A stretch of 61,440 nucleotides of DNA, filler included. It is 6 parts of 6 records of this genome, joined end to end, with 100 filler letters (N's around TTAATTAATTAA, not from the genome) between each part and the next. Parts side by side here need not be neighbours in the genome. Positions count along the whole stretch, not along the records: positions 1 to 5,265 come from SRR31156797_2641; positions 5,366 to 25,502 come from SRR31156797_2648; 4 more parts are not named here. One strand, 5' to 3'. Positions 1 through 10,643 of this stretch are shown here, in pieces. Every line of letters starts with the position of its first letter. Position 1 is the first letter of the stretch. The position numbers and the translations under genes were made by a program. The notes under the pieces are model-generated. The model made no database searches, was not told the origin of the DNA, and saw only the letters and a program-made list of their open reading frames with translations.

Positions 1-297
1 AAGTCCCAGATCAAGAACAAGGCCAAGGCCCTCAGGGTGCTCCGCTCCCGTCTTCTGGAAGCCGAAGAGGCCAAAAAAAACGCCGAGCGCGCCGAGGCCA
101 GAAAGAGCCAGGTCGGTTCGGGAGACCGTTCCGAGCGTATCCGGACCTATAACTTCCCCCAGAACCGTTTGACCGATCACAGGATAAACCTGACCCTGTA
201 CAAGCTGGACGCGGTCATGCAGGGCGATTTCGGCGAGACCTTTAACGCCCTGAAGATGAGCGCCCAGGAAGAGGCCCTGAAAAACGAGGAAGGATGA
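1..297 (+). CDS. prfA: Peptide chain release factor 1, C-terminal part (5' truncated)
   Basis: Frame open from base 1 ([18 protein letters not shown]); motif [24 protein letters not shown]; directly upstream of prmC. Confidence 0.95.
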   Translation, partial: KSQIKNKAKALRVLRSRLLEAEEAKKNAERAEARKSQVGSGDRSERIRTYNFPQNRLTDHRINLTLYKLDAVMQGDFGETFNALKMSAQEEALKNEEG

Positions 298-1142
298 TCG
301 CTCCCATGACTGTCCGTGACGCCCTGCAGGAGCAGTCGAAACGCCTGACTGACTCGGAAAGCCCCTGGCTGGACGCGACCCTCCTCCTGGCCGAGGCCAC
401 GGGAAAGAGGCGCGAGCAGATCCTCGCGTCCTTTCCCGACCCCCTCGAGCCCGCCCATTGGGACGCCTTCAGGGCGCTGATAGGGCGCCGGGCCCAGGGC
501 TATCCCGTCGCCTATCTGACGGGAAGCAAGGAGTTCTACGGCCGTCCCTTCCATGTCCGGGAGGGCATACTCTGCCCCCGCCCGGATACGGAGGTCATTG
601 TGGAAGAGGCCCTCTCCCTGATGGATAAACACGGACTGAAGAGGGTTCACGACCTGTGCACCGGCAGCGGCTGCATCGCCCTCACCCTGGCTTTGGAGCG
701 ACCGGACGCCCGGCTCTCCGCCTCTGATGTGTCCGGGATCTCGCAGAAGGTTTTCAGAATCAACAGGGAGGAGCTGCAGGCGGAAAACGTCCCCTTCACC
801 CTGGGATCCCTTCTGGACGGGATCGAAGCCCCCCTGGACATGATCGTCTCCAACCCGCCCTATCTGACCACCCGCGAAACGGACGAAAGGATGGAGGACA
901 ACTGGAAGGAGCCCGCCCTGGCTCTGGACGGGGGAGACGACGGCCTGGACCTGATACGCGTCCTGATCCCCCAGGCGGCGGAAAGGCTCATCCCCGGGGG
1001 ATTCCTTCTGATCGAAGCCGATCCCCGGCAGATGGAGGGCATGGCCTCTCTTCTGAAGGACGCGGGATTTGCGGAGATCCGCTGCGCAAAAGACCTGGCG
1101 GGTCGCGAAAGGGTCATACAGGGAAGGAAGGCGACCCCGTGA
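294..1142 (+). CDS. prmC: Release factor glutamine N5-methyltransferase (HemK)
   Basis: [13 protein letters not shown]-binding motif, SNPPY motif, PRPDTE; overlaps prfA stop (ATGA). Confidence 0.95.
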   Translation: MIAPMTVRDALQEQSKRLTDSESPWLDATLLLAEATGKRREQILASFPDPLEPAHWDAFRALIGRRAQGYPVAYLTGSKEFYGRPFHVREGILCPRPDTEVIVEEALSLMDKHGLKRVHDLCTGSGCIALTLALERPDARLSASDVSGISQKVFRINREELQAENVPFTLGSLLDGIEAPLDMIVSNPPYLTTRETDERMEDNWKEPALALDGGDDGLDLIRVLIPQAAERLIPGGFLLIEADPRQMEGMASLLKDAGFAEIRCAKDLAGRERVIQGRKATP

Positions 1143-3160
1143 AGCAGCCCCTGATCACCACCAGCGAGAATGTGGAAGAGTTCATAGAGCAGTTCGCCGG
1201 GCGGCTTAATCACTTCAGCAGGGAGGAGCAGGCCAGTATCCTCGAGGCCTGCCGCTGGGCCAGGGAGCTTCATTTCCATCAGAAAAGGGCCAGCGGCGAA
1301 CCCTATATCATCCATCCCATCAACGTCGCCATAACCCTGCTGGACTTTCAGCTGGACGCCACCGCCGTAACCGCCGGTCTCCTCCATGACGTTCTGGAGG
1401 ACACCGATGTCACGCGGCAGGAGATGAAGGAGCGCTTCGGCGCGGATGTGCTCCATCTGGTCAACGGCGTGACCAAGATCAATATCGTCAACGTCAAGAA
1501 CAAGTCGGTTCAGGAACGGGAGACCATCCGCAAGATGATCCTGGCCATGGACAAGGATATCCGGGTCGTCCTGATCAAGCTGGCCGACAAGCGCCACAAC
1601 ATGAGCACCCTCCAGTACATGCGGGAGGACAAGCAGAAGCGCATCGCCCGGGAGTGCCTGGAGATCTACGCCCCCCTGGCCGGAAAGCTGGGTATCTATT
1701 CCATCAAGACCGAGCTGGAAGACCTGTCCCTGAAGTTCCTCAAGCCCGAGGTCTACAAGGAGATCAAGTTCTTTCTCAGCCAGAAGAAGGACGAGCGGGC
1801 GGAGTTCCTGGAACAGATACAGAGACAGATCTGCGCCGGCGCCGAAGAAGAGAACATAACCATAAAGATCAAGACCAGGGCCAAGCACTTCTTCTCCATC
1901 TATCTGAAGATGAAGAACAAGGGCAAGGAGCTGAACGAGATCTACGACTTTTTGGGCATCCGCATCCTCTGCAAGACGCCTACCCAGTGCTACACCCTGC
2001 TGGGCCTGGTGCACCATCTCTACAAACCCCTGTCGGGCCGCTTCAAAGACTATATCGCCATGCCCAAGGAGAACGGCTACAAGAGCCTCCACACCACGGT
2101 GATGACGCCTGAAGGCAAGCCCCTGGAGATCCAGATCAGGACCTACAAGATGAACAACACCGCCGAATACGGCGTGGCGGCGCATTGGGCCTACAAAGAG
2201 GGAAAGAAGCTTGAGGAGCTGGACAAGTACAACACCAATCTCCTGAAGAAGCTAAGGGACATCAACGACGGCGACTACGAGACCAGCGACTTTATGAACG
2301 GCCTCAAAGAGGACGTCCTTACCGATACGATCTTCGTCTTCACACCTAACGGGGATACGGTGGAGCTGCCGCGGGGATCCACTGCCGTGGACTTCGCCTA
2401 CCATATCCACTCGGATATCGGGGACCACTGCCTCAGTGCCAAGGCGGACAACAAGATCATACCCCTGAACAGGCCCCTGAAAAACACACAGACCGTATCC
2501 ATACAGACCTCGCCCAACGCCCACCCCCATCTGAACTGGCTTCGCTTCGTGAAGACCACCAGGGCCAGGGCAAAGGTAAGGGCCTGGCTGAACAAGCATG
2601 ACAACGACATCGTCATAGACAGGTCCATCGTCGCCAAAAAAGCTCCCCAGCCTCAGTCGCAGCCGGAAAAGAGCGAGGAAAAGCCCGTCCAGAACAAGAT
2701 GATGGACAGCAAGAAGGTCGGGGTCAGCATCAACAAGGACAGGAATATCATGATCCACCTGGCAGGCTGCTGCAGCCCCACGCCCGGAGACAGGATCATA
2801 GGATTCATCTCCCGGGGGCGGGGCATCATCGTCCACAGGGAGGACTGCAGCAACCTGGGAGGCATACAGGACTTCGACGATCGGAAGATCGATGTGGAAT
2901 GGGAGAATTACTCGGACAAGGCCACCGAAAGCTTTCGGGTGAACGCCCGCTATGTGGCGGATCTCTTTTCGGAGATAGAGGGGGCCATACGCAAGCATAA
3001 CGGCCATCTTATATCGGGCAGTATCAACGAGACCGACAGGGGGGAGCTGGAAGGCTTCTTCACGGTGGAGATGAACCGCCCCGACGACTATAAAAAGATA
3101 GCCAAAAGCATCAGAACCATCCCCTCGGTTCTGAACATACAGAAAGAAAAACGATACTGA
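1139..3160 (+). CDS. rel: Bifunctional (p)ppGpp synthetase/hydrolase, long RSH (HD-SYNTH-TGS-ZFD-ACT)
   Basis: RASGEPYIIHP, intact LLHDVLED hydrolase motif, RFKDYIAMPKENGYKSLHT, EIQIRT, TGS DFAYHIHS, CC..PGD zinc region. Confidence 0.95.
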   Translation: MKQPLITTSENVEEFIEQFAGRLNHFSREEQASILEACRWARELHFHQKRASGEPYIIHPINVAITLLDFQLDATAVTAGLLHDVLEDTDVTRQEMKERFGADVLHLVNGVTKINIVNVKNKSVQERETIRKMILAMDKDIRVVLIKLADKRHNMSTLQYMREDKQKRIARECLEIYAPLAGKLGIYSIKTELEDLSLKFLKPEVYKEIKFFLSQKKDERAEFLEQIQRQICAGAEEENITIKIKTRAKHFFSIYLKMKNKGKELNEIYDFLGIRILCKTPTQCYTLLGLVHHLYKPLSGRFKDYIAMPKENGYKSLHTTVMTPEGKPLEIQIRTYKMNNTAEYGVAAHWAYKEGKKLEELDKYNTNLLKKLRDINDGDYETSDFMNGLKEDVLTDTIFVFTPNGDTVELPRGSTAVDFAYHIHSDIGDHCLSAKADNKIIPLNRPLKNTQTVSIQTSPNAHPHLNWLRFVKTTRARAKVRAWLNKHDNDIVIDRSIVAKKAPQPQSQPEKSEEKPVQNKMMDSKKVGVSINKDRNIMIHLAGCCSPTPGDRIIGFISRGRGIIVHREDCSNLGGIQDFDDRKIDVEWENYSDKATESFRVNARYVADLFSEIEGAIRKHNGHLISGSINETDRGELEGFFTVEMNRPDDYKKIAKSIRTIPSVLNIQKEKRY

Positions 3161-3170
3161 AGGAGACCCC

Positions 3171-3689
3171 ATGAGCCTTAACATAGTGCTTCTGGAGCCT
3201 GAAATACCACAGAACACGGGCAATATCGCCCGGACCTGCGCCGCTACCGGCGCCGCCCTGCATCTGATTGAACCCCTGGGATTCTCTATCGACGAGAAGG
3301 CCGTAAAGCGGGCGGGCCTGGACTACTGGTCCAAGCTCTCCCTCTTCGTCTACGCCAGCCTGGAAGACTTCTTCGAACAGAACCACGGCCCCTACTACTT
3401 CTGCAGTACCAAGGCCAGGAGGACCTATGCGGAGATCCAGTATCCTCCCGGAGCCTATATCCTCTTCGGCAAGGAGTCCAGAGGGCTGCCCGAGGACCTG
3501 CTGGTGCGCAATGAGGAGACCTGCCTGCGCATCCCCATGAAGCCGGATATCCGTTCTCTGAACCTCTCTAACGCCGTGGCCGTCGTGGCCTACGAGGCCC
3601 TGAAACAGCAGGACTTCAAGGGGATGGAGATGGAGGGGGAACTCCATGAGATCCCCTGGGAAGAGGCCCTGAGGCTCCCGGAGGAATAA
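3171..3689 (+). CDS. trmL: tRNA (cytidine/uridine-34 2'-O)-methyltransferase, SPOUT family
   Basis: EPEIPQNTGNIAR, RAGLDYW, FGKESRGLP, RSLNLSN; AGGAG RBS upstream. Confidence 0.93.
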   Translation: MSLNIVLLEPEIPQNTGNIARTCAATGAALHLIEPLGFSIDEKAVKRAGLDYWSKLSLFVYASLEDFFEQNHGPYYFCSTKARRTYAEIQYPPGAYILFGKESRGLPEDLLVRNEETCLRIPMKPDIRSLNLSNAVAVVAYEALKQQDFKGMEMEGELHEIPWEEALRLPEE

Positions 3690-3724
3690 AGCCTCCCGCC
3701 CCTCGGAAGCTCAGAGAGAGCGGG

Positions 3725-3756
3725 CGTCCGGAAGGGGGAAGCCCTCTTCCGGAGCC
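3725..3756. terminator. GC-rich hairpin between convergent trmL and fhs
   Basis: Inverted repeat TCCGGAAG...CTTCCGGA; no clear U-tract. Confidence 0.45.
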
Positions 3757-3762
3757 GCCTGA

Positions 3763-5265
3763 TCAGAACAGACCCTTCACCCGTCCCGTCTCCACATCGA
3801 TATCGATGCCCATAAAAGCGGGCTTGCTGCCCAGCCCCGGCATGGTCAGGATGTTTCCGGCCAGGGGATAGAGGAACCCCGCTCCCGCGCTGAGCCTGAT
3901 ATCCTGAACGGGGAAGACGTAACCGCGGGGAGGCGTGTTCTTCCAGGCCGGATTGTGGGAGAGGGAGTACTGGGTCTTGGCCATGCAGATCGGCAGCTCG
4001 CCGTATCCCATCTCCGTATAGTCGGCGATCTTCCTCTCCGCATCGGGAGAGTACTCCACCTTCGCGGCGCCGTAAACCTCCCTGGCCAGGGTGGCGATCT
4101 TCTCTTTCACCGGCGTCTTCAGCTCATAGAGGGGGTGGAAGCGGGCGGGGGCCTCGCAGGCCTTCACCACGGCCCTGGCCAGATCGGCCGCTCCCTCGCC
4201 TCCCATCTCCCAGTGCCTGGCCAGGACAGCGTCCTCGGCGCCCGCCCCCATGGCCTCATGACGGATGATATCCCACTCTTCCGGATCGTCCGCGGGGAAG
4301 GCGTTGACCGCCACTACCACGGGCACGCCGAACTTGGCGGCGGTGCGGATATGGGCCTTCAGATTCTCACAGCCCGCCTTCAGCAGCTCCGTGTTTTTCT
4401 CGGTGTAGACAGGATCCAGGGGCTTGCCGGGAACAACCTTGGGGCCTCCCCCGTGCATCTTCAGGGCCCTTACCGTGGCCACCAGGACCACGCAGTTGGG
4501 GGTCAGTCCGCTGGTACGGCATTTGATATGGAAGAACTTTTCCATCCCCACATCGGCGCCGAAGCCCGACTCGGTGACCAGATAGTCTGCCATGCGGACG
4601 CCGAAGCGGTCGGCGATGACCGAGGAGTTGCCATGGGCGATATTGGCGAAGGGTCCGGCGTGAACCAGGGCGCCGTTCTCCTCCAGGGTCTGAAGCAGAT
4701 TGGGCATCAGGGCGTCTTTCATCAGCACCGTCATAGCGCCGGCTACGCCGAAATCCTCGGCTGTCAGGGGCCTGCCCTTCTTGTCCAGGGCCATCACCAT
4801 CCGTCCGATCCTGGCTCTCATATCCTTCAGGTCCGAAGCCAGGGCCAGGATGGCCATCAGCTCGCTGGCCACGGTGATATCGAATCCTCCCTGCCGCAGG
4901 GGACCGTCCCCCTTCTCCCCCATTCCGCTCATCACGTTGCGGAGGGCCCTGTCGTTGATGTCCAGGACACGGCGCCAAAGCACGTTATAGGGATCGGCAT
5001 TGGTCCTCTTCAGGCCCTGCTTCTCCAGAAAGGCGTCGCTCCAGCGGCTCTCATGGTAGATCCGGGCGTCCACGGCGGCGGCGCCCAGGTTATGAGCGGC
5101 ACCGACCGCATGAAGGTCCCCTGTCAGATGGAGGTTGAACTCCTCCATGGGGACGATCTGGCTATACCCTCCCCCGGCGGCGCCGCCCTTTATCCCGAAG
5201 GTGGGGCCCATAGAAGGCTGACGGATGGCGCACATGGACTTGTGTCCCAGATGGGCCAGTCCCTC
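3763..5265 (-). CDS. fhs: Formate--tetrahydrofolate ligase (5' truncated at contig end)
   Basis: RQPSMGPTFGIKGGAAGGGYSQ, HAGPFANIAHG, TESGFGAD, TMPGL motifs; frame open to the N-gap. Confidence 0.96.
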   Translation of the reverse strand, partial: EGLAHLGHKSMCAIRQPSMGPTFGIKGGAAGGGYSQIVPMEEFNLHLTGDLHAVGAAHNLGAAAVDARIYHESRWSDAFLEKQGLKRTNADPYNVLWRRVLDINDRALRNVMSGMGEKGDGPLRQGGFDITVASELMAILALASDLKDMRARIGRMVMALDKKGRPLTAEDFGVAGAMTVLMKDALMPNLLQTLEENGALVHAGPFANIAHGNSSVIADRFGVRMADYLVTESGFGADVGMEKFFHIKCRTSGLTPNCVVLVATVRALKMHGGGPKVVPGKPLDPVYTEKNTELLKAGCENLKAHIRTAAKFGVPVVVAVNAFPADDPEEWDIIRHEAMGAGAEDAVLARHWEMGGEGAADLARAVVKACEAPARFHPLYELKTPVKEKIATLAREVYGAAKVEYSPDAERKIADYTEMGYGELPICMAKTQYSLSHNPAWKNTPPRGYVFPVQDIRLSAGAGFLYPLAGNILTMPGLGSKPAFMGIDIDVETGRVKGLF

Positions 5266-5365
5266 NNNNNNNNNNNNNNNNNNNNNNNNNNNNNNNNNNN
5301 NNNNNNNNNTTAATTAATTAANNNNNNNNNNNNNNNNNNNNNNNNNNNNNNNNNNNNNNNNNNNN
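5266..5365. other. Artificial contig spacer 1
   Basis: 44 N + TTAATTAATTAA (stops in all six frames) + 44 N; sharp GC change across it. Confidence 0.97.
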
Positions 5366-6823
5366 AATTTTAGAAAAATCAAGAATATCATTAATCAAGG
5401 CCAGCAAAGTATCTGCCGATCTTTTGACTACTTTCAACATACCTGCATCAGACTCCCCCAAATTATCAGCTTGTAAAACCAGATCTGTCATCCCAATTAT
5501 TCCGTTCAGTGGTGTTCTCAATTCATGACTGATATTGGCAATGAAAGCAGTTTGTGCTTTATTTTTTGCACTTTTTTCAACTTGTCTTGGTGTAATCTCA
5601 ATGAATACTTGGATAGTATAGGCTTCTTGTTGATTGTAGAACTTAATTTTTTCGCTTAAATAAACCTGTTCTTTATGCACTCCATCACTAACTACATATT
5701 TATTTGAAGATGGAGATATTTCCTCCACCTGAAACAGCCGTTTTTTATCAAACAAAAGTTTATCATAGGCATATTGATCTACCAACAACTCCTCATCCTC
5801 ATAGTCAAAAATAGATAGTGCTACCTTGTTAACTAGTCTGATCTTATTTTCACTATCAATCAATACAACCCCAATAGGTAAATAATGCAAAATTTTACTT
5901 AACGCATCTTCAGATTGACTTTCTCTCTTTTCCCGTTTTCGATTAGTCAGTATTTTCTGGTAAAGAGCAGCAATAATCAACAAAATAACGATAAAAGTAA
6001 TTGCTGCTACTAACAAGGAATTCTTGGCTATGGAATAAGTGATTGGTTTAACTGGCATAGAAAATACCAGATACATCTTTGTGTTTTGTGCTTTAATGAC
6101 CTTATGCACAGAGAGCACTTTTATCAGTTCTTTTTCTATTAAAAGCTCATGAATATGCACCTCTCTATCTGAATGTTTTTCTGGTATTAATTCCTCCTCA
6201 TCAACTAAATTAAATGATAGGAATGGTGCATACACTACCTTTTTACTTTCTGTGGTAACCCACTGAAATTGATGATCATCTACAAAATAACTATGAAAAA
6301 TACTTTGATAAAACTTTTTCAAATTCAACTCAAACAGCACATATCCATATATATGAGTGTCATTATAAAGTGGCTGTGTATAAGTGATGGTATTATCGCT
6401 TGAAGTAATTACCAGAGATGATTTGTACTCTTCCTTTATTGCTTTTTTACCATAGCGATTAACAATGTTGCCCATAGCATCTTTTGAGAGGCTATAGTAG
6501 TTTCCTTTAATATCAATAACGGATACCGATTTTAACTCTTTCTTGTAACGATTATACAAGAGCTCAATACGTTTTTGAATTTCTTTATTCTGTAAACGAA
6601 ATTCGAACAATCCTCCCAACTCACTCTCATTTAATAACAAAAGGACATTGGTTTCCACTTTCGAAAAATACTCATCCAGCTGTTCTGCACAGGTCGACAT
6701 TTCCTTTTCTAAAACTTTTTTATGCGTAATAAGCTGCCAGTTGTAAGTATCGTAGTAATAATATATAGTTGATATAATTAAAAAAACTATACTTGAAATC
6801 ACTATACTTAAAGTACTTTTCAT
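5366..6823 (-). CDS. Membrane-bound sensor histidine kinase, probably hybrid (3' truncated)
   Basis: Two TM segments flanking a periplasmic domain, PAS-like region, H-box FIANISHELRTPLNGIIG, LINDILDFSKI at the gap. Confidence 0.88.
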
Positions 6824-6865
6824 GTATGATATGTTGTTGTGTCGATGATGTTGATCCTTTATAGA

Positions 6866-7792
6866 CTATCGGTATTTTTCCTGATTTGAATCGTATATAC
6901 TTAAATAACTCATGTATCTGCTTTCTGCAATTTCTTCCTCTTCTACTGCTTTCTTTACTGCACACCCCGGTTCATGAATATGCGTACAATTTCCAAATTG
7001 ACAATATTGTGACTTTTCAAATATCTCTTTAAAGAAGTGGTGCAATTCATTTTTGTCAATATCTATTAGACCATAACCTCTGATTCCAGGCGTGTCTATT
7101 ATTGCCCCTCCAAAATTAAGCTGATGCATTTCGGCATAGGTAGTGGTATGTTTTCCACTTTGATGAATATCAGAGATTTCTGCTACTTTTAGATTAAGTC
7201 CTGGTTGAATTCTATTAATCAGTGTAGATTTTCCCACACCGGAATGGCCAGAAATAACGCTTACTTTATCCTGAAGCAACTCAACCATAACACCTAAATC
7301 ATCCTGTTGTTTGGCAGAAATAGCATAAGTTTCGTATCCAATCTTTTCGTACACTTCTCTTAAGTACTTTACTGTTTCTAAATGCTTCTCATCGTATCGA
7401 TCCATTTTATTAAATATGATTTTAACAGGAATACGATAGGCCTCAGCAGAAGCTAAAAAGCGATCGATAAATACATTAGTTGTAATAGGATAGTTAACCG
7501 TAACCAACAATAAAGCCTGATCTATATTAGAAGCAATAATATGCGTTTGTTTAGATAAATTGGAAGCTTTTCGGATAATATAGTTTTTTCTTTCACCTAT
7601 TTCAGAAATGACACCCATATCATTCTCCTCATCAAAAGTATACATCACATGATCACCTACTGCAACCGGGTTGGTACTTTTAATGTTATCCATTCTGAAT
7701 TTACCCTTAATGGTACAGGTTATAAATTCTCCATTTTCATTCTTCACAAGATATCTACTTCCTGTTGATTTATATACGACTCCCTTATTCAA
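6866..7792 (-). CDS. rsgA: Ribosome small subunit-dependent GTPase A
   Basis: Circularly permuted GTPase: NKMD, GHSGVGKST, GKHTTT, DTPG; C-terminal CQFGNCTHIHEPGC zinc finger. Confidence 0.96.
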   Translation of the reverse strand: MNKGVVYKSTGSRYLVKNENGEFITCTIKGKFRMDNIKSTNPVAVGDHVMYTFDEENDMGVISEIGERKNYIIRKASNLSKQTHIIASNIDQALLLVTVNYPITTNVFIDRFLASAEAYRIPVKIIFNKMDRYDEKHLETVKYLREVYEKIGYETYAISAKQQDDLGVMVELLQDKVSVISGHSGVGKSTLINRIQPGLNLKVAEISDIHQSGKHTTTYAEMHQLNFGGAIIDTPGIRGYGLIDIDKNELHHFFKEIFEKSQYCQFGNCTHIHEPGCAVKKAVEEEEIAESRYMSYLSIYDSNQEKYR

Positions 7793-8070
7793 CGCCTTAT
7801 TTTTTTAGTATACTCCTTCTTTTCTTATAATTAAGACCATAAAAATGATAATTTTTGACGAAACATACATGATTTATCCATTAAAAAACCAATAGAATAT
7901 CAACTCCTCAACTAACACCCTTTGTACTTACTTCAAAATATAAAAGAACTTAAACACATCTCGATCAAACCAAACTTTCTTTAGAAAGGAAAAGCAGCCA
8001 GGATAATTACATAAAATCATGTTTTAAAACAGTATATTCGTTCCTGAAAAAGAGAACCGTAACATTTCCC

Positions 8071-9225
8071 ATGAATTTAAATCCAATAAGGCATCTATTA
8101 TTAACCGCTTGCATACTGTTTCTTAGTGTTGGCTATCTGCAAAGCCAAAACAAGTGGAGCATCAACGGTTACATTAGCGAAGCTCCTTTTTATTATTGGA
8201 ATCAAGAAGATGCAGCCTACTTTAACAACTTAATACTAAACCAAATTAATGTACAACACGAATTGGCTTCATCTTTACATCTAAATCTTTCATTGCGCAA
8301 CCAGCTTCATTTAGGCGGGCACATAAAACACAATCCGATATACAAGTACATTATTGATAATGACCCCGGGCTAATCGACTTAAGTTCCAACCTTACTTCG
8401 GGAAAAAGTAGCGTACTCAATAGTAAAATTGACAGAGTTAATTTAAGTTTTAAGAATGAACGCTGGTCGTTTAACCTGGGAAGACACCGAGTTGATTGGA
8501 GCGTAACCCAAATTTGGAATCCTATTGATATCTTCAACATTTACTCTTATTTTGATTTTGAATATCCAGAGAAGCCAGCCATGGATGGGATCAGCTCTGC
8601 CATTAACATTTCAAAAACAACCCAATTGAAAGGTGCTCTTAAATTCAATCAAAATGGATTGACGACATGTGCTTTGGCTTTAGCTGGTAAATACCAAAAT
8701 TATAAATACCAACTAATGCTTGGTAATATTTTAGAAAATGAGTTCATCATAGGAATGAGTGGTGCATATAGTTCAACAAATTCCAATATTTATGGTGAGA
8801 TCGCATATTTTCCTCAATCTCCTGGAGAAAAAAATGATCATATTATAATTTCTATAGGATTCTCACATATCTGGAAACGTCATTCATTGAAATTTGAATA
8901 TTTGTTTACCGACTATTTAAACAGAATTATTAATAGCAATTCCGCACTTATTCAAAACCAAATTTCAATAAAAAATATCAGCATTGCAGATCATAATTTT
9001 TACGCATCATATAATAATACCATCAATAAAAAACTGAAGTTGGGTATCGATATAATGAGCTTTGGAGTTCCGCTTTTGGATAGCTATTTCATCTGTCCAA
9101 ATTTAACTTTGAATTTATCTTCGAGATTTTCCTTTACTTCTTATATGCAATTTTTTAATCAGGATTTAACGCAAGAAAGGCAATCAACAGTATTATCTTC
9201 TCTTAAATTGCAGTACTATTTTTAA
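8071..9225 (+). CDS. Outer-membrane beta-barrel protein of unknown function
   Basis: Signal peptide, alternating beta-strand pattern, GRHRVDW...WNPIDIFN motif, C-terminal LQYYF. Confidence 0.65.
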   Translation: MNLNPIRHLLLTACILFLSVGYLQSQNKWSINGYISEAPFYYWNQEDAAYFNNLILNQINVQHELASSLHLNLSLRNQLHLGGHIKHNPIYKYIIDNDPGLIDLSSNLTSGKSSVLNSKIDRVNLSFKNERWSFNLGRHRVDWSVTQIWNPIDIFNIYSYFDFEYPEKPAMDGISSAINISKTTQLKGALKFNQNGLTTCALALAGKYQNYKYQLMLGNILENEFIIGMSGAYSSTNSNIYGEIAYFPQSPGEKNDHIIISIGFSHIWKRHSLKFEYLFTDYLNRIINSNSALIQNQISIKNISIADHNFYASYNNTINKKLKLGIDIMSFGVPLLDSYFICPNLTLNLSSRFSFTSYMQFFNQDLTQERQSTVLSSLKLQYYF

Positions 9226-9300
9226 ATTAATCGATCAACGCAATTCTCGCCTCCTTAAAATACGATTTTATTACACACTGTTATACTGACACTTACAGGC

Positions 9301-9371
9301 TGTCACAAAATGGTCACGTTTTATTTTTTAGTGGTCACACACACGTCACGCATTTGTCACACATTTGTCAC
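9301..9371 (+). promoter_or_regulatory. Helically phased GTCAC direct-repeat array (putative transcription-factor binding sites)
   Basis: GTCAC at 9302, 9313, 9334, 9345, 9356 and 9367 (spacings 11, 21, 11, 11, 11). Confidence 0.6.
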
Positions 9372-9446
9372 GCCTAAAATTGTATAAATTTTCATTTCTT
9401 CATTTACATTCGTAGTTATAAGATTAAAAACTAAAAACTACAGTGT

Positions 9447-9680
9447 ATGAATTATATTAGATTTGGTCTCCGTTTTCTACTTTTTTCTATTTTATTAACG
9501 GCAACTACAGTAATTATTGAATTTACCATTTCGGGCATTTATAGTTTTCTTCTTGACTACTATGCTTTGCCTAAATCAGATTCTAACATTACTTTTTTAT
9601 CTTTTTTTATCAGTCTGATTTTTATATTGCTTCTTACTTTTGGAACCGGTTTTTGGCAGCTATCAAAATCTTACGAATAG
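9447..9680 (+). CDS. Small two-helix membrane protein (hypothetical)
   Basis: 77 aa with two hydrophobic segments; follows a TACATTCG -7-like box at 9405. Confidence 0.45.
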   Translation: MNYIRFGLRFLLFSILLTATTVIIEFTISGIYSFLLDYYALPKSDSNITFLSFFISLIFILLLTFGTGFWQLSKSYE

Positions 9681-9938
9681 TTTAAGCTTAAAATAACAAC
9701 TGTGTACGTAATCGATCAAATTGAATCATATATACTTCTGATTCAAATAATTTATTCCCACCACTAAACAATTCGTTCGATAACGTACACCCGCGATCCG
9801 TATTTGAACACTTTGAATACCTAAATTCAAAGTAGCCCAATGCTTTAGTGATTGATTTTGTGATTATTACCATCTTTGGAACAACAATTGATTTAGGTTG
9901 AAGCGTTTTACACAGTTTAATACTTAAATCATACACTT

Positions 9939-10643
9939 GTGAGTAATAGCGTTCTAAAAGTTAACTCCTTGCACAAGTCTTATGTTACAGGCAGTAACTC
10001 ACTGCATGTTCTAAAAGGCATTGATATGGATGTTAAGAAAGGTGAAATGGTTTCCATTATGGGCTCTTCCGGCTCGGGAAAATCTACATTATTAAATATT
10101 TTAGGTATTCTTGATAATTACGACAAAGGAGAATACTATTTAGATGACATCCTTATTCAAAGAATGAATGAGAAAAAAGCCGCTGCATTTCGAAATCAAT
10201 ACATAGGCTTTATTTTTCAGTCATTTAATTTGATTTCTTTTAAAAATGCAATGGAAAACGTTGCACTTCCCTTGTATTACCAGAAGGTAAATCGTAAAAA
10301 ACGAAATGCCATCGCATTGGAATATCTCGACCGTTTAGGTTTAAAAGACTGGGCACACCATATGCCAAGCGAATTATCTGGAGGTCAAAAACAAAGAATT
10401 GCAATTGCACGGGCCTTGATTTCAAAACCTAAAATCATTCTGGCAGATGAACCTACAGGAGCCTTGGATACTAAAACTTCATATGAGGTAATGGATATTC
10501 TTCAGGAAGTAAATAACTCAGGTATCACTGTTGTAATTGTTACACACGAGCATGATATTGCAGAAAAAACCCACCGCGTAATTCACTTAAAAGATGGTTT
10601 AATCGAGCGGGAACAAACCCATAAAGTATATAGCTATGCTTGA
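9939..10643 (+). CDS. ABC transporter ATP-binding protein, MacB/LolD family
   Basis: Walker A GSSGSGKST, LSGGQKQR, ILADEPTGALD, VTHE. Confidence 0.95.
   Translation: MSNSVLKVNSLHKSYVTGSNSLHVLKGIDMDVKKGEMVSIMGSSGSGKSTLLNILGILDNYDKGEYYLDDILIQRMNEKKAAAFRNQYIGFIFQSFNLISFKNAMENVALPLYYQKVNRKKRNAIALEYLDRLGLKDWAHHMPSELSGGQKQRIAIARALISKPKIILADEPTGALDTKTSYEVMDILQEVNNSGITVVIVTHEHDIAEKTHRVIHLKDGLIEREQTHKVYSYA

Noticed and set aside
860-3223. Long antisense ORFs (441 aa and 323 aa) opposite prmC/rel
   Set aside because: Shadow ORFs produced by high-GC codon bias; no motifs; the sense genes are clearly real
3955-5313. 452-aa plus-strand ORF opposite fhs
   Set aside because: Antisense shadow of fhs that runs into the N-gap
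5310-5321. TTAATTAATTAA palindrome recurring five times
   Set aside because: Always centred in a 100-nt N spacer; it is an artificial all-frame stop linker, not a biological repeat
9301-9371. GTCAC array as a CRISPR or iteron array
   Set aside because: The units are only 5 bp with an 11-bp period, there are no spacers of CRISPR length, and no cas or rep gene is nearby
9678-9770. Stop-codon readthrough of the 77-aa ORF
   Set aside because: Reading through the TAG adds only about 28 unremarkable residues, and other genes on the contig use TAG as a normal stop
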